NCBI RefSeq assembly: GCF_001194135.2
Contig: NC_068997.1
Span: 6,066,379-6,130,378, forward strand
DNA: 64,000 bases
Source: Octopus bimaculoides
Taxonomy: Eukaryota
Direction of reading: 5' to 3'
Position 1 is the stretch's first letter. Each line of letters starts with the position of its first letter. The notes beneath the pieces are model-generated. The model was not told the DNA's origin. It made no database searches and saw nothing but the letters and a program-made list of their open reading frames with translations. Shown piece by piece: positions 12,190-24,169 of this stretch. The position numbers and the translations under genes are program-made.

Positions 12190-12600
12190 GAGTAAAGAGG
12201 CTGGGCTTGCATTTGAAATTAGTGTTCGTGAGTCCTTGACCATGCTGGTGTATAAGGGTGGTGAGGTTTTTGAGAGTTTTTGTTGTTTATAGTTGGTGAT
12301 AATTTCATAGAAAGAGTTGTCGTTTAGTAAGGAGAGTGCTAGGTGTTTGTAAAAATCTGTGTCCATTAGGACTACAGTACTACATTTGTCAGCTTCTTTG
12401 ATAGTAAGGCTTTTGTCCTGTTGTAAGTATCTTAGGTTTCTCCATTCTTTGCTATTAAAGTTTGATTTGACCTTGGTTTTGGGCGGGGTAAAAGGGAAAC
12501 TCTGGATGTGGTTGCAAAAATCGTCCAGTGCTTTATTTCTTCCTTTGGAACTACTATATCGGATAGACGAGCCTCCCTTTGCGTAGAAGAGTAGCAGTCC
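12190..12600 (-). mobile_element. Penelope-like element (PLE) reverse transcriptase N-terminal fragment
   Basis: SNFNSKEWRNLRYLQQDKSLTIKEADKCSTVVLMDTDFY..L.D...Y matches the PLE 'L..D..I.IK.ADKG..VV.MD' block; continues by frameshift to NFKCKPSLF. Confidence 0.75.
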
Positions 12601-12789
12601 ATAAAGAACAAATAAATCTCCCTCAACACCGCCAAATTCCACTCAGTGGCCACATAGACTCTTGCGCCAGAAACAAAAACCCTAAATTCCTTATATTCCC
12701 TTTCTATCAATGTAAAGACCGAATCTCTACACAAGAAAGAATCAACAAGGAGAATTTTTTCATAGAGAAATTCCAACCACTTCTTAACA

Positions 12790-14088
12790 CACACTATCCA
12801 AATTTCTATATCTGTTAACAGTGCTTCTCAGGTAGACAAACTGATCAACTACACCAAGTCGTTTACCATACACATAGATATTTAGTTCCCTATACTGCTT
12901 ACCAGGGGCAGGTTGGTACATGACAACAGTTTTCTTGAGACTGACTGTCAATCCTAAGGCAGTGCAAGCATCAGAGAATGCATTCAAAATGTGTTGCATA
13001 TTAATTTCTGTGTGTGTTACTAGCTCACAATCATCTGCATACAGAAGGTTTCTTATGATAGAGGTAAATACCTTTGTTTTTACCGCAAAGCGTCTGATAT
13101 TAGATATGCTGCCAGCGGTTCGATAATGGATGTAAACACCATATCTGCAATTTCTGAACGCAATACAGAAAACCATCGCAAGATATGTGGCAAATAGGGT
13201 CGGTGCCAGAATATCACCCTGTTTCATTCCATTTTTTTATTGAGATGGGCTCCGACATTTTACCTCTAACATTAACCCTACCCTCCATGTCTTCATGAAA
13301 AGACCTAACCAAAGCAAGGAACTTTTCAGGACAACCAAGTTTCAGGAGGACTTTCCACAGTGCATTTCTATTAACGGTATCAAAAGCTTTTGTCAGATCG
13401 ACAAAAACCTGATATAACTCCAGACCCTGTTCCACACACTTCTCCTGAAGCTGTCTAGCTGAGAAGATCATATCAGTAGTGCCGCGTCCCACACGAAAGC
13501 CAGATTGACTTTCTGGAAGAACACAATCTGCAACGTGTTTCTGCAGACGATCCAAAAGTATCCTGTATGAAACCTTTCCTATGACAGAAAGCAATGATAT
13601 TCCCCTATAGTTACCACAATCATTCCTGTTGCCTTTTCCCTTATATAAGACCACGATTATTGTATCTCTCCAGTCCTCAGGTAAAGATTCACTATCCCAT
13701 ATCCTGCCAAACAAGGAGTAAAGTTGCTGTTGAAGTTTCTCACCGCCATGCTGTAACAACTCCGCATGTATACCATCCATACCCAGAGACCTCCCATTAT
13801 TCATCCTTGAGACAGACACCGCAACTTCTTCCAACATTGGTGGTTCCGTGAGAGCCGCCTTCACAGGTAACCCAGGGATGAAAGTTCATCAAAGTATTCT
13901 CGCCACCTTCGCAGAATTCCTTGTGAATCACGAAGAAGTTCTTTACCATCCCTGCTACGAAGTGGTGTCATCAGAAAAGAAGTCGGTCCATAAAACTCTC
14001 GCAAGAGACCATATAACAGCTTTGTGTTATTGGAATTCGATGCCGCCTGTATCTCATCGGCCTTCTTACTCCACCAGGTATCCCTCAT
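12790..14088 (-). mobile_element. RTE-clade LINE fragment with a nearly complete RT domain
   Basis: ESQSGFRVGRGTTDMIFSARQLQEKC, FVDLTKAFDTV, KQGDILAPTLF, YADD, FVYL; two frameshifts (A-run at ~13225 and ~13860); truncated at both ends. Confidence 0.92.
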
Positions 14089-15156
14089 TGACAGTTATTT
14101 CTTCAAAGCTATAATGGAAGTGACAAAGGAGCATATTCGGCATATTTTGCTTTATAACTTCAATAACGCAACGGAAAGTGTAAGGAATATAAATGCAGGA
14201 TATGGGGATCGGACAATAAGCGTAAGCCAGTGTCAATGGTGGTTCCAGAAATTCCGAGCCGGAAACTACAGCCTAGAAGACGAGCCTCGTCCTGGAAGAG
14301 CTGCAGAGCGCGACGAGGACGTCCTGCAAACCCTGGTGGAACAAAATCCCATCGTAACTATTGAGGAATTAGCAGAGAAGCTTGGATTTGGTCATTCAAC
14401 CATTCATCAACACCTGCGTGCAATCGGAAAAGTCAGCAAATTGGGTCAGTGGGTTCCTCACAAACTTTCCAACTCTAATCGCGTGCAGAGAGTGAATGTG
14501 TGCTCTTCTTTGCTGTTACGTCTCACGAATGAACCTTTTTTTCGACTGAATAGTGACTGGTGACCAGAAATGGGTTCTCTATAAAAATACCAGGCGCTGA
14601 AGACAGTGTATAGGGAACGGAGAAACAGCGGCACCCCAGGCTAAAGAAGGTCTTCACCCACATAAGGTTTTGTTATCTGTTTGGTGGGATATGAAAGATT
14701 TAGTTCACTTTGAACTTTTAAACCCAAACCAAACGTCAAAAAAGATCAACTGCGAGCAGCATGAGCGCAAGAAGAAAAACGCCCATCTTTGGTTTGAAGA
14801 CGAAAGATGTTTTTCCATCAAGATGATGCTCAGTTACATACAGCGAAGATGACATTCCTACCATATTCACGGGACATTGCCCCATCTGATTATCATTTAT
14901 TCCGCAGTCTTCAAAATCATTTGGACGGAAAAAATATGAATTCTGTAGACGAGGTCAGAACATTATTGGGGGAGTATTTTTCGTCACTGACAAATGAATT
15001 TTGGAAGAGGGGCCTTGCAAGTCTACCAGATAGATAGAAGAGCATTGTAGAATATGAAAAAGAGTATATTTTAGATTAAAAAAGAACTTAATTTATCATA
15101 ATTTTGAAAAATAAAATAAATATAAAAAAACGCATTATTTATAGGATGACCCAGTA
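14089..15156 (+). mobile_element. Mariner transposon lacking its 5' TIR, decayed
   Basis: MEVTKEHIRHILLY..., GQWVPHKL, LSVWWD, HQDDA, PYSRDIAPSDYHLF; 3' TIR (revcomp TACTGGGTCATCCTATAAATAATGCG) ends at ~15156. Confidence 0.9.
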
Positions 15157-15629
15157 TACATTACGCATACAAGCATGTATACATATATACATACATTCAC
15201 GCAAACGCCCAAACACACACACGATAGCACACGAGACCGGTCGCAACAGCAGGTACCTGACAGCGATGCCTGAGTCGGACTGACTAATAATTTCTTGTCA
15301 TCTTTTTTTTTTCTTGATGATTTAGGTTTAACTTAAAACTGCTTTAATCTTCTTGCTGTTAGCTTTGTTCATCTATGGGGTTAATGCGTGAAGATTTACA
15401 AGTGCATAGGGTGATGGGCAAGAATGTAGAGCACTGAGGATTATGTGTGTGTGTGTACGTGTGTGAGTTCGCGCGCGCACACACACACACTGAGTCAGAG
15501 TCTAAATAAACTTATGAAAATTAGGCTTTTATTTTATGTTGTAATTGATGTCGTCGATGGGGAAAATCCAACAAAAACAAGAATGTATAAACAGATAACC
15601 TGTATATAGTTTAGAGAAATCTAGATAGG

Positions 15630-15775
15630 TACAGGCGTGGCTGTGTGGTAAGATGGTTGCTTCCTAAATACGTGGTTCTGGTTCAGTTCCACTGCGAGGC
15701 ACCTTGACCAAGTGTCTTCTACTAAGGCTTCGGGCCGACTAAAGCCTTGTGAGTAGATAGGGTAGACGGAAACAG
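15630..15775 (+). mobile_element. tRNA-derived SINE (family B), 5' part
   Basis: GGCGTGGCTGTGTGGTAAG...GGTTCAGTTCCACTGC head; homologous to 60900-61345. Confidence 0.8.
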
Positions 15776-17143
15776 ATTCAAAATAACCTCCCCCTCGCTT
15801 CCACCTGAACTCTAACTAAAAAACAGTTCACATTAAGCCAAGCTGGTTGAAGGACCCTGAACGAAGCTGCACACTAAATTATGCCCGGTTGCATATGCAA
15901 CTGCTCATACCCTGGTCTGTGGAAACACGCGTAGGTCTCCGTAACCATAAAAATGTGGTGTATGACGTTGTAAAATAGAAGGAAATAAATTTCGAGGGTA
16001 TACCAGTCTTTCGCTTGCAACAGCCGGTTCTTTTGATCAAACTATCGTATCTCCAGCTGCTTCAAATGCTAAGATATCAAAAATTGTCAAAGTGTAGTAC
16101 AACGGTTTTGCTATGGAATGGTGAAACCATTTTTTCGTTTTCTGAAAAATCAACGTTTTGGACTTACGACATTTTTACATAACAGCAACGATATATATAT
16201 CTATATATATATATGCAGGCTAATACAAGACCCACATTAAACTCCTCACTCGTATCACGATCGAACCAAGAGTTTAACTATGGTCTGTCCTTAGCACTTA
16301 CTTAGCATTACCTGCTACTCTTTGGGTCTTCTAGATACCAATACCATTTATATATAACGTATGTATGTATGTATGTATGTATGTATGTATGTATGTATGT
16401 ATGTATGTATATGTATATATATATATATATATATATANNNNNNNNNNNNNNNNNNNNNNNNNNNNNNNNNNNNNNNNNNNNNNNNNNNNNNNNNNNNNNN
16501 NNNNNNNNNNNNNNNNNNNNNNNNNNNNNNNNNNNNNNNNNNNNNNNNNNNNNNNNNNNNNNNNNNNNNNNNNNNNNNNNNNNNNNNNNNNNNNNNNNNN
16601 NNNNNNNNNNNNNNNNNNNNNNNNNNNNNNNNNNNNNNNNNNNNNNNNNNNNNNNNNNNNNNNNNNNNNNNNNNNNNNNNNNNNNNNNNNNNNNNNNNNN
16701 NNNNNNNNNNNNNNNNNNNNNNNNNNNNNNNNNNNNNNNNNNNNNNNNNNNNNNNNNNNNNNNNNNNNNNNNNNNNNNNNNNNNNNNNNNNNNNNNNNNN
16801 NNNNNNNNNNNNNNNNNNNNNNNNNNNNNNNNNNNNNNNNNNNNNNNNNNNNNNNNNNNNNNNNNNNNNNNNNNNNNNNNNNNNNNNNNNNNNNNNNNNN
16901 NNNNNNNNNNNNNNNNNNNNNNNNNNNNNNNNNNNNNNNNNNNNNNNNNNNNNNNNNNNNNNNNNNNNNNNNNNNNNNNNNNNNNNNNNNNNNNNNNNNN
17001 NNNNNNNNNNNNNNNNNNNNNNNNNNNNNNNNNNNNNNNNNNNNNNNNNNNNNNNNNNNNNNNNNNNNNNNNNNNNNNNNNNNNNNNNNNNNNNNNNNNN
17101 NNNNNNNNNNNNNNNNNNNNNNNNNNNNNNNNNNNNNNNNNNN

Positions 17144-17206
<63 letters not shown>

Positions 17207-17542
17207 CCCATTTTCTGCGCTTAGTCGATCAATTTCAGTTTCCTAAAGACGAATTCCTTCAGTACACCCTCTACTGACCTTCATTCCCCGCGTCTATTCT
17301 ATCCTGTCTTAGAAGAAACCAATACAATAATCCATTAGAACTTAATGAGACAGACAGATTGATTCACCAGCTGACATACCAAAATAACAATAGAATCTTT
17401 AACAATGAGTGACATACCAATATTAAGTGATTCTAATACAGAAGTGAACTTTAAAATGTAAGTAATTTATAGACGGACATCATCATTGCAGTGATATCCT
17501 CTGCGTATTTAATACGCACCGCGTTAAAAAAACAGAAATTAC

Positions 17543-17594
17543 CTTGTATTTCGCCAATACAAGTCAGTATGATACAAACTTCGAAAATATATAA
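17543..17594 (-). CDS. Candidate signal-peptide exon for the EGF gene (alternative 1)
   Basis: LYIFEVCIILTCIGEIQ+G with a strong phase-1 donor AAG|gtaatt; joined to exon 2301 it reads IQA-QKVDF; acceptor weak, no ATG. Confidence 0.25.
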
Positions 17595-17615
17595 CTACCA
17601 ATATATGTACTCGAG

Positions 17616-17652
<37 letters not shown>

Positions 17653-18489
17653 CGTACATATGTGCATAGATATATATACATACATGCGTGTATGTATATA
17701 TATAAACAAATAGTGAATGAGTATATGCATATATACGTACAGGTATGTGCATACCGACATCCACCTGTATGTATAGGTGCATATCTGGGTACAGGACATT
17801 GCAAACAAACATAGACGGGAAAACACACGAGCCACATAGAGAACATTCTACTTCATCAGCTACCCACGTTTTAACACCGGCGTTTCGACGAGCTTCGGGC
17901 AGGACGCATCGTTAAAACGGCTCATACCTGTGTGTGTATGTATGTATATATAAACTTTAGGCTAATTCAAGCATGTTGGGACATATTTCAACTTCTAGAA
18001 GCAAATTCACTGCAGTTTCTATAAATGACACCTATTGAATCAGAAACTCGTGTCTATGACTGTTCCCTTGCCCCCAAACAATAAGCCTGTCCTTTTTTTT
18101 AGTGGCATATCATCTTTAGAGAATTCTTGATTCGTGAGGTTATCATCCGTTCTCATAAAGATTTGTTGTCAAATGCGATTTGGTAATTGTGACACATCTT
18201 CCAGACGGAGAGAGAATTTTAATAAATCAAGAATTACGCCGTATGCTAATTGATATACCTATATTTGTCTATGTTGTTTACGTATTGGCATCTTTTAGTT
18301 ATTTCTTTTAGCTGACTTTTGTTTAATATATATTTGTGCGTGCGCGCGTTTAAAACACATATACATATATGTATATTTATGTATGTAGATAGGTAAGTAC
18401 TATATGTTTGAATATTTATATGTGTGTGTGTGTGTGTATATGCATATCTTCTATCTATCTATCAATCTAGCAGTCTATCTGTCTGTCTG

Positions 18490-18598
18490 TCTTCTTCTTC
18501 TTCTTCTTCTTCTTCTTCTTCTTCTTCTTCTTCTTCTTCTTCTTCTTCTTCTTCTTCTTCTTCTTCTTCTTCTTTCTCTCTCTCTCTCTCTCTCTCTT
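18490..18598. repeat. (CTT)n-(CT)n microsatellite
   Basis: Read directly. Confidence 0.9.
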
Positions 18599-18603
18599 TA
18601 TAT

Positions 18604-19277
18604 ATATACTTTGGGTATGGTAGATGAGTTCAGCAAAAATTTAGATTCAGATGAATATGATACTTAAGTTGAGGCACCAGAATTTAGTACGGTATTATCC
18701 ATACAATTTCGAAGTAAGGTGATTAAAATCAAAATAAGCAACAAGGATATCCAGAGGTAACGCAGTACGATCGTATCATGCAACTCCATTTAATTGAATA
18801 ATGCATTCATTACATCAATTTAAAATGCAGAGCAATCCTCAGCTGCACAAAGACATAGAATTTAATTAAATTAGAACAGAAGGACACCTTAATATAATTA
18901 TACCTAAAATCTCTAGGAAGTTAAGGAGATAGGCAAAGAACATGTTGCCCCTACTTCAGCAGAGAAGTTACTAAATTATCAAGAAGACTCTGCCTATCAC
19001 TGATTTTATTTGTTTTTATGGGGTAAGTTTTAACTTATAGACTAGTTTATCAAATCCTTGTATATCTAAGGTTGAGAGAATAAAGGGCAGTATATGTTAG
19101 GGGTAGGGCTGAGAGAGCAGACATAAATCATTATTGGTATAGTCATAAAAACCTTTGTGCAGCTGAGGATTGCTCTGCATTTCAAATTGATGTAATGATT
19201 GCATTGTTCTATTAAATGGCGTTGCATGAAACGGTCGTACTGCATTACCTCTTGATATCCTTGTTGCATATTTTGAT
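18604..19277. mobile_element. Foldback/MITE with ~125-bp inverted arms
   Basis: 18728-18852 is the reverse complement of 19153-19277 at roughly 90% identity; the right arm runs into a gap. Confidence 0.8.
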
Positions 19278-19324
19278 ANNNNNNNNNNNNNNNNNNNNNN
19301 NNNNNNNNNNNNNNNNNNNNNNNN

Positions 19325-19560
19325 ATGGGGGCGTATGGCTTAGGGTGCTGCATTTATCATTGTAAGAGCATGGTTTCAATCCCTGAACCGGCTGATGAGT
19401 TGTGTCCTTGAGCATAACTCTTCATTTCTTGTTGCTCCAGTCCAATCAACTGGCAAAAATGAGTAATCCTGCGACGGACCGGCGTCCCATCCAGTGGGGA
19501 TTCAATATTCTACAGAATCCTGGAAACCGGCCATATGAGCCTATGGCTCGGGAACGACCT
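19325..19560 (+). mobile_element. tRNA-derived SINE related to family C
   Basis: tRNA-like head plus GGACCGGCGTCCCATCCAG core and GAAACCGGCC..ATGAGCC 3' block shared with 9261-9570 and 63003-63303. Confidence 0.7.
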
Positions 19561-19635
19561 TTGACCCTTTTTTTGACTATGTATATGTGCATAGTACTTT
19601 ATTGTCAACATTCGAAGATATCTGGTTGACAAAGA

Positions 19636-19850
19636 TGACGAGCTGGCAGAATAGTTAGCACGCCGGGCGAAATGCTTAGCGGTATTTCGTCTGTCTTTAA
19701 GTTATGAGTTCGAATTCCGCTGAAGTCGACTTTGACTTTCATCCTTCCGGGATCGATAAATTAAGTACCAGTTGCGTACTGAGGTCAAGCTAATCGATTG
19801 GCCCCCTATCCCAAAATTTCGGACCTTGTGCTTAGAGTAGAAAAGGATAT
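19636..19850 (+). mobile_element. SINE family A
   Basis: GAGCTGGCAGAATAGTTAGC...GAGTTCGAATTCCGC...AGTAGAAAAGGA; many copies in the window. Confidence 0.85.
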
Positions 19851-20344
19851 TCATGTTGACAGACATCATAAAAAAGAGTTAAGTTTCTTTAGATCCAGAG
19901 AATGCATTCTAGCTAGGATTTCCCTTTCATTTATGTTTCTAAATGTGTTGGGAAAGGCATGAGTGCCACACAGTCCCATTTCCTTATCCTTGAAGTCGGT
20001 GAATTTTTTGCCTTAAACACTTGAGGCTTACTAAACATTTACCATCTCTGTCAAGCTGTCGATCTATCAATTTGTTCATCCATCCAACCAGCCAGCCATC
20101 AAATCATTCAGCTATGCAACCATTTATCTAACCATCCATCCATGTAGCCATTGATCGCTCTATCGCTCGAACGATTCACCCTCCCTCTTTCCATCCATCC
20201 TCCACCCATCCTCAGAAGGGCTAAATACCACCATAAATATGAACAATTCTGGACGTACTGCACAGACAGACTGTACGGATAACTTCATGAACCAGTGACC
20301 GCAGAAGACAGTGCACTTTTAATGGCATAAAATAGATATAAAGC

Positions 20345-20510
20345 ACCAGATAACGAAATAAGAGAATAACGGGAAAACAGAACAACGGGATAACGGAAAA
20401 ATGGAATAACGGAACAACAGAACAACAAAATTACAAAATAACAGAATTACCAAATAACTAAATGAATTAAAGGACTAAAGAATTAAAGACATTAAAGAAT
20501 GAAACCAAAT
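20345..20510. repeat. Degenerate ~8-bp tandem repeat (GAATAACG-like grading into GAATTAAA)
   Basis: aataacgg/aacaacag/aattaaag units recur at ~8 nt period. Confidence 0.6.
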
Positions 20511-21171
20511 TATTGCGAAGAGATAGCTACTTACAGTAAATCAACGTCATCATAAGAAGGGGCTGTATATATTCCAGTAGATACATCGTTAAGGACAAAT
20601 GTTGGAGGTTAAATTTTATTGGTACCTGATGCTCCAGCACTGTTTGATTTTAGCGCAATGCGCCTCTCTTTAAAACGGGGAGGAATGGGCTCTTCAAAGA
20701 CAAATTAGAGAAGGGACAAAAGTACCTCCTTGTCGGTGATAGCTTGAACCTGTTTGAAAGGGAAAAAAGGCGGAGCGTGGTCCTTTCGGTGGGTCGACTT
20801 AGATGTCGTAGGTAAGGAAGGTTTTTTCGTTTTAATTATAGCTGTAATGTCAGTGATATAGGGATAATAAAACTCTCTCTCTCTCTGTCACACACACACA
20901 CACACGACCATATATATTTATATCACTACACACGCACACGTACGTACGCACGCATATACGTATGTGTGTACGTACGCATGTATGTATGTNNNNNNNNNNT
21001 ATGTGTGTACGTACGCATGTATGTATGTATGTATGTGTGTGTGTATGTATGTATGTATGTATGTATGTGTGTGTGTATGTGTGTTTGTGTAAATATACTT
21101 GCATACCGAAACACAGACATATTCGTACATACATAAATACATGCATGCAAACATGCATGCATGTGTGTGTG

Positions 21172-21213
<42 letters not shown>

Positions 21214-21291
21214 NNNNNNNNNNNNNNNNNNNNNNNNNNNNNNNNNNNATATATATATGAATATGTGTACGTGTGTTTGTGCGTGCGTGTG

Positions 21292-21352
<61 letters not shown>

Positions 21353-21424
21353 GAGCGTGTGTGATGAAATGATAGACACAAAGGGCTGCCATGATCCGAT
21401 GTGTCACGCTAGTAAAGCATTTAC

Positions 21425-21482
21425 GTGAGATTTCTCCACACGCACAGCAAATTACTGCAAGATTAAGAAATATAATGAACAC
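21425..21482 (-). CDS. Candidate signal-peptide exon for the EGF gene (alternative 2)
   Basis: VFIIFLNLAVICCACGEIS+C with phase-1 donor gtaaat; possible acceptor cccag|TG; the upstream in-frame ATG is blocked by TAA. Confidence 0.3.
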
Positions 21483-22185
21483 TGGGTGTGATTAATTCGA
21501 CATACTTGCTCTTGTGGCTGTTGTTCTTGTTGTTGTTATGGCTGTTGCAGTTGTTTTTGTTGTGCCAATTATCGTTGTTGCTGTTGTTGATTTATACTTT
21601 ATGGGTTTCAGCAAAGATTTAAGGACTGAGTCATGACATAAAATCAGATTAATGCGGTTCACGTTCGGTTGTACAGCTGCAAAAACGACATGTGTTGGAA
21701 ATAAAGTGGGCGAGAAGAAACCTCCAGAGAATTGACGATATGTTAGAAAATGGTTGAGCCATGGTGGCGTAGGTAGCTCTTAACTCTGGAGGTCTAACAG
21801 CCATTGTAGTAGAAATAGAAGAGGAAAGGTGAAGAAAATATGTGTCTTTGTGAGCTATAGCAGTGTGGTTCTCATAGTGACCAATACTAGGCATCCATTC
21901 CATCCACTCCCCCACTGTACAATATTCTTTTACTTGTTTTAGTCATTAAGTTGCGGTCATGCGGAGGCACCGCCTCGAAGAATTTCTAATCGAAAGAATC
22001 GATCACACCCATTATCATTTTTTAAAAGCCTGGTACATATTCTATTGTTATCTTTTGCCGAACCACNNNNNNNNNNNNNNNNNNNNNNNNNNNNNNNNNN
22101 NNNNNNNNNNNNNNNNNNNNNNNNNNNNNNNNNNNNNNNNNNNNNNNNNNNNNNNNNNNNNNNNNNNNNNNNNNNNNNNNNNNNN

Positions 22186-22220
<35 letters not shown>

Positions 22221-22239
22221 TTATACTTTTTTTTGTTTC

Positions 22240-22465
22240 AGTCATTAGACTTGAAGAATTCTTAATAGAATGAATCACATTACTATTTTTTAAGCCTGGT
22301 ACTTATTCTATAGGTAATTTTTGCCGAACCGCTAAGTTACGGGGGTCGTAAACACACTAATACCAGTTGTCAAGCGGTGGCGGGAGACAAACATACATAC
22401 ACACTTGTGTATATATACGACAGGCTGCTTTCAGTTTCGTCTACCAAATCCACTCACAAGACCCC
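22240..22465 (-). mobile_element. SINE family B, partial (a second partial copy at ~21935-22066)
   Basis: GCCTGGTACTTATTCTAT..TTGCCGAACCGCTAAGTTAC block. Confidence 0.75.
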
Positions 22466-23050
22466 AAGGAGTTCGTTTCTAACAAAAATACAAAGCTCCG
22501 TCATTGGAAAACAATGCCACATTTTAAATCTGAGAAAAGTCTTGCAGAGTTTTACTGTTCCACTTACAGATTGCAAGTTGGTTGGTTGATTTCTTTTCCT
22601 GAAGAATCCAAGCTTATCCAGATTGACAGTTAAGCCTTTACATACAAAATCAGATGCTCCAATTATTATTGGTATAAATATAAATTTGTAATCCGGATTT
22701 AGAAGCTTGGAGATTTTGAAGTAGTTGTCCATAGTTATCTTCTTTCTCTTTGATTTTCAAGGAGATATTCACATCAGCAGGACAGCTGACTCCCATGACG
22801 GTACATACCTTCTCTTGTTTATCTCAAACATCAGTATCCGGCTTGTTTTGCTTACTCTTGACAGATGTTTTGACGGGACCGTTCCACCAGTATTCCTTGT
22901 GCTGACATTTGTGTACATTTTCAATAACAAGGGGAGATGTTCGTGGGTCAGAAGGCAGTAACAAAAGAGGCCTGAACAAACCTCTTGCTGAATATATATA
23001 AAGTTTAGCAATTGAAGTAGGTCAACGAAAAACAAAGCATTGACCTTTCC
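22466..23050 (-). mobile_element. Diverged R4/Dong-type LINE 3' fragment
   Basis: HKEYWWNGPVKTSVKSKQNKPD..VSCPADVNISLKIKEKEDNY..PIIIGA..LQSVSGTVKLCKTFLRF, with stops and frameshifts. Confidence 0.75.
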
Positions 23051-23235
23051 ACGACCAGAGTAGGTCTCAGAGGTTAATTCATCCTAATTAATCTCCAAGT
23101 GCAGAGAGGGGAAAAGAAATGATTATCTGACAATCATGAAAAATGTGGATTCGGTTTCGAATCTTCTCAGCTGCTGTAGCTGGTCCTTAAAAGTGTGTAT
23201 ATGAATAATTTTATTGTATGCCCTGACGCATATTA

Positions 23236-23236
23236 T

Positions 23237-23322
<86 letters not shown>
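23236..23322. repeat. (CAT)n-(TAT)n microsatellite
   Basis: Read directly. Confidence 0.9.
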
Positions 23323-23324
<2 letters not shown>

Positions 23325-23584
23325 CTGCATCTTTGTTACAGTCACTTGCCGAGACACATCTAGCATCCTGGGACGAGTGAAGGATAAGAGATGTGACAGA
23401 AAGCTTGCGGAGGGGAGGTAGTGAAATATCTTCATGTAATGCAACACAAATATTTAAATGGATAGGGTTTTTCTAAGGTTGTGGGCAGTACTTGTCAGCA
23501 TAATTTTTTTATTTCTCTGAGACATGGTTCTCCTGTGATTTTATCACGATGTTTCTGACATCTCTTTTTTTTTTTTTATCATGT

Positions 23585-23922
23585 AGTCGACTTTGCCTTT
23601 CATCCTTTCGAGACCGATAAAATAAATATCAGTTGAGTATTCGACTAACCCCCTCCACCAAGTTTCAGGCCTTGTGCCTATAGTAGAAAGGATTATTATT
23701 ATTATTAAGGCGGCGAGCTGGCAGAATCATTAGCACGCTGGACGAAATGCCTAGCGGCATTTCGTCCGTCTTTGCGTTCTGAGTTCAAATTCTGCTGAGG
23801 TCGACTTTGCCTTTCATCCTTTCGGGGTTGATAAAATAAGTATCAGTGGAGTACTGGGGTTGATGTAATCAACTAACACCCTCCCACAAAATTTCAGGTC
23901 TTGTACCTATAGTAGGAAGGAT
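23585..23922 (+). mobile_element. Two head-to-tail family A SINEs
   Basis: A partial copy ends AGTAGAAAGG+(ATT)n and is directly followed by a full copy ending AGTAGGAAGGA+(TTC)n. Confidence 0.85.
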
Positions 23923-24071
23923 TCTTCTTCTTCTTCTTCTTCTTCTTCTTCTTCTTCTTCTTCTTCTTTTTCTTCTCCTCCTCCTCCTCCTCCTCCTCCT
24001 CCTNNNNNNNNNNNNNNNNNNNNNNNNNNNNNNNNNNNNNNNNNNNNNNNNNNNNTCTTCTTCTTCTTCTT

Positions 24072-24168
<97 letters not shown>
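23923..24168. repeat. Compound (TTC)n/(CTC)n/(TTA)n microsatellite spanning a gap
   Basis: Read directly; forms the tail of the preceding SINE. Confidence 0.9.

Positions 24169-24169
<1 letters not shown>

Noticed and set aside
15888-15901. Isolated short palindromes (here and ~17867-17919)
   Set aside because: Too short and context-free to distinguish from repeat debris.
17405-17457. Plus-strand ATG mini-exon MSDIPILSDSNTEVNFK with GTAAGT donor
   Set aside because: No downstream plus-strand exon or homology found.
21649-21915. ORF containing a perfect GCCACCATGG Kozak context
   Set aside because: Yields only 37 aa with no recognisable domain or convincing donor.
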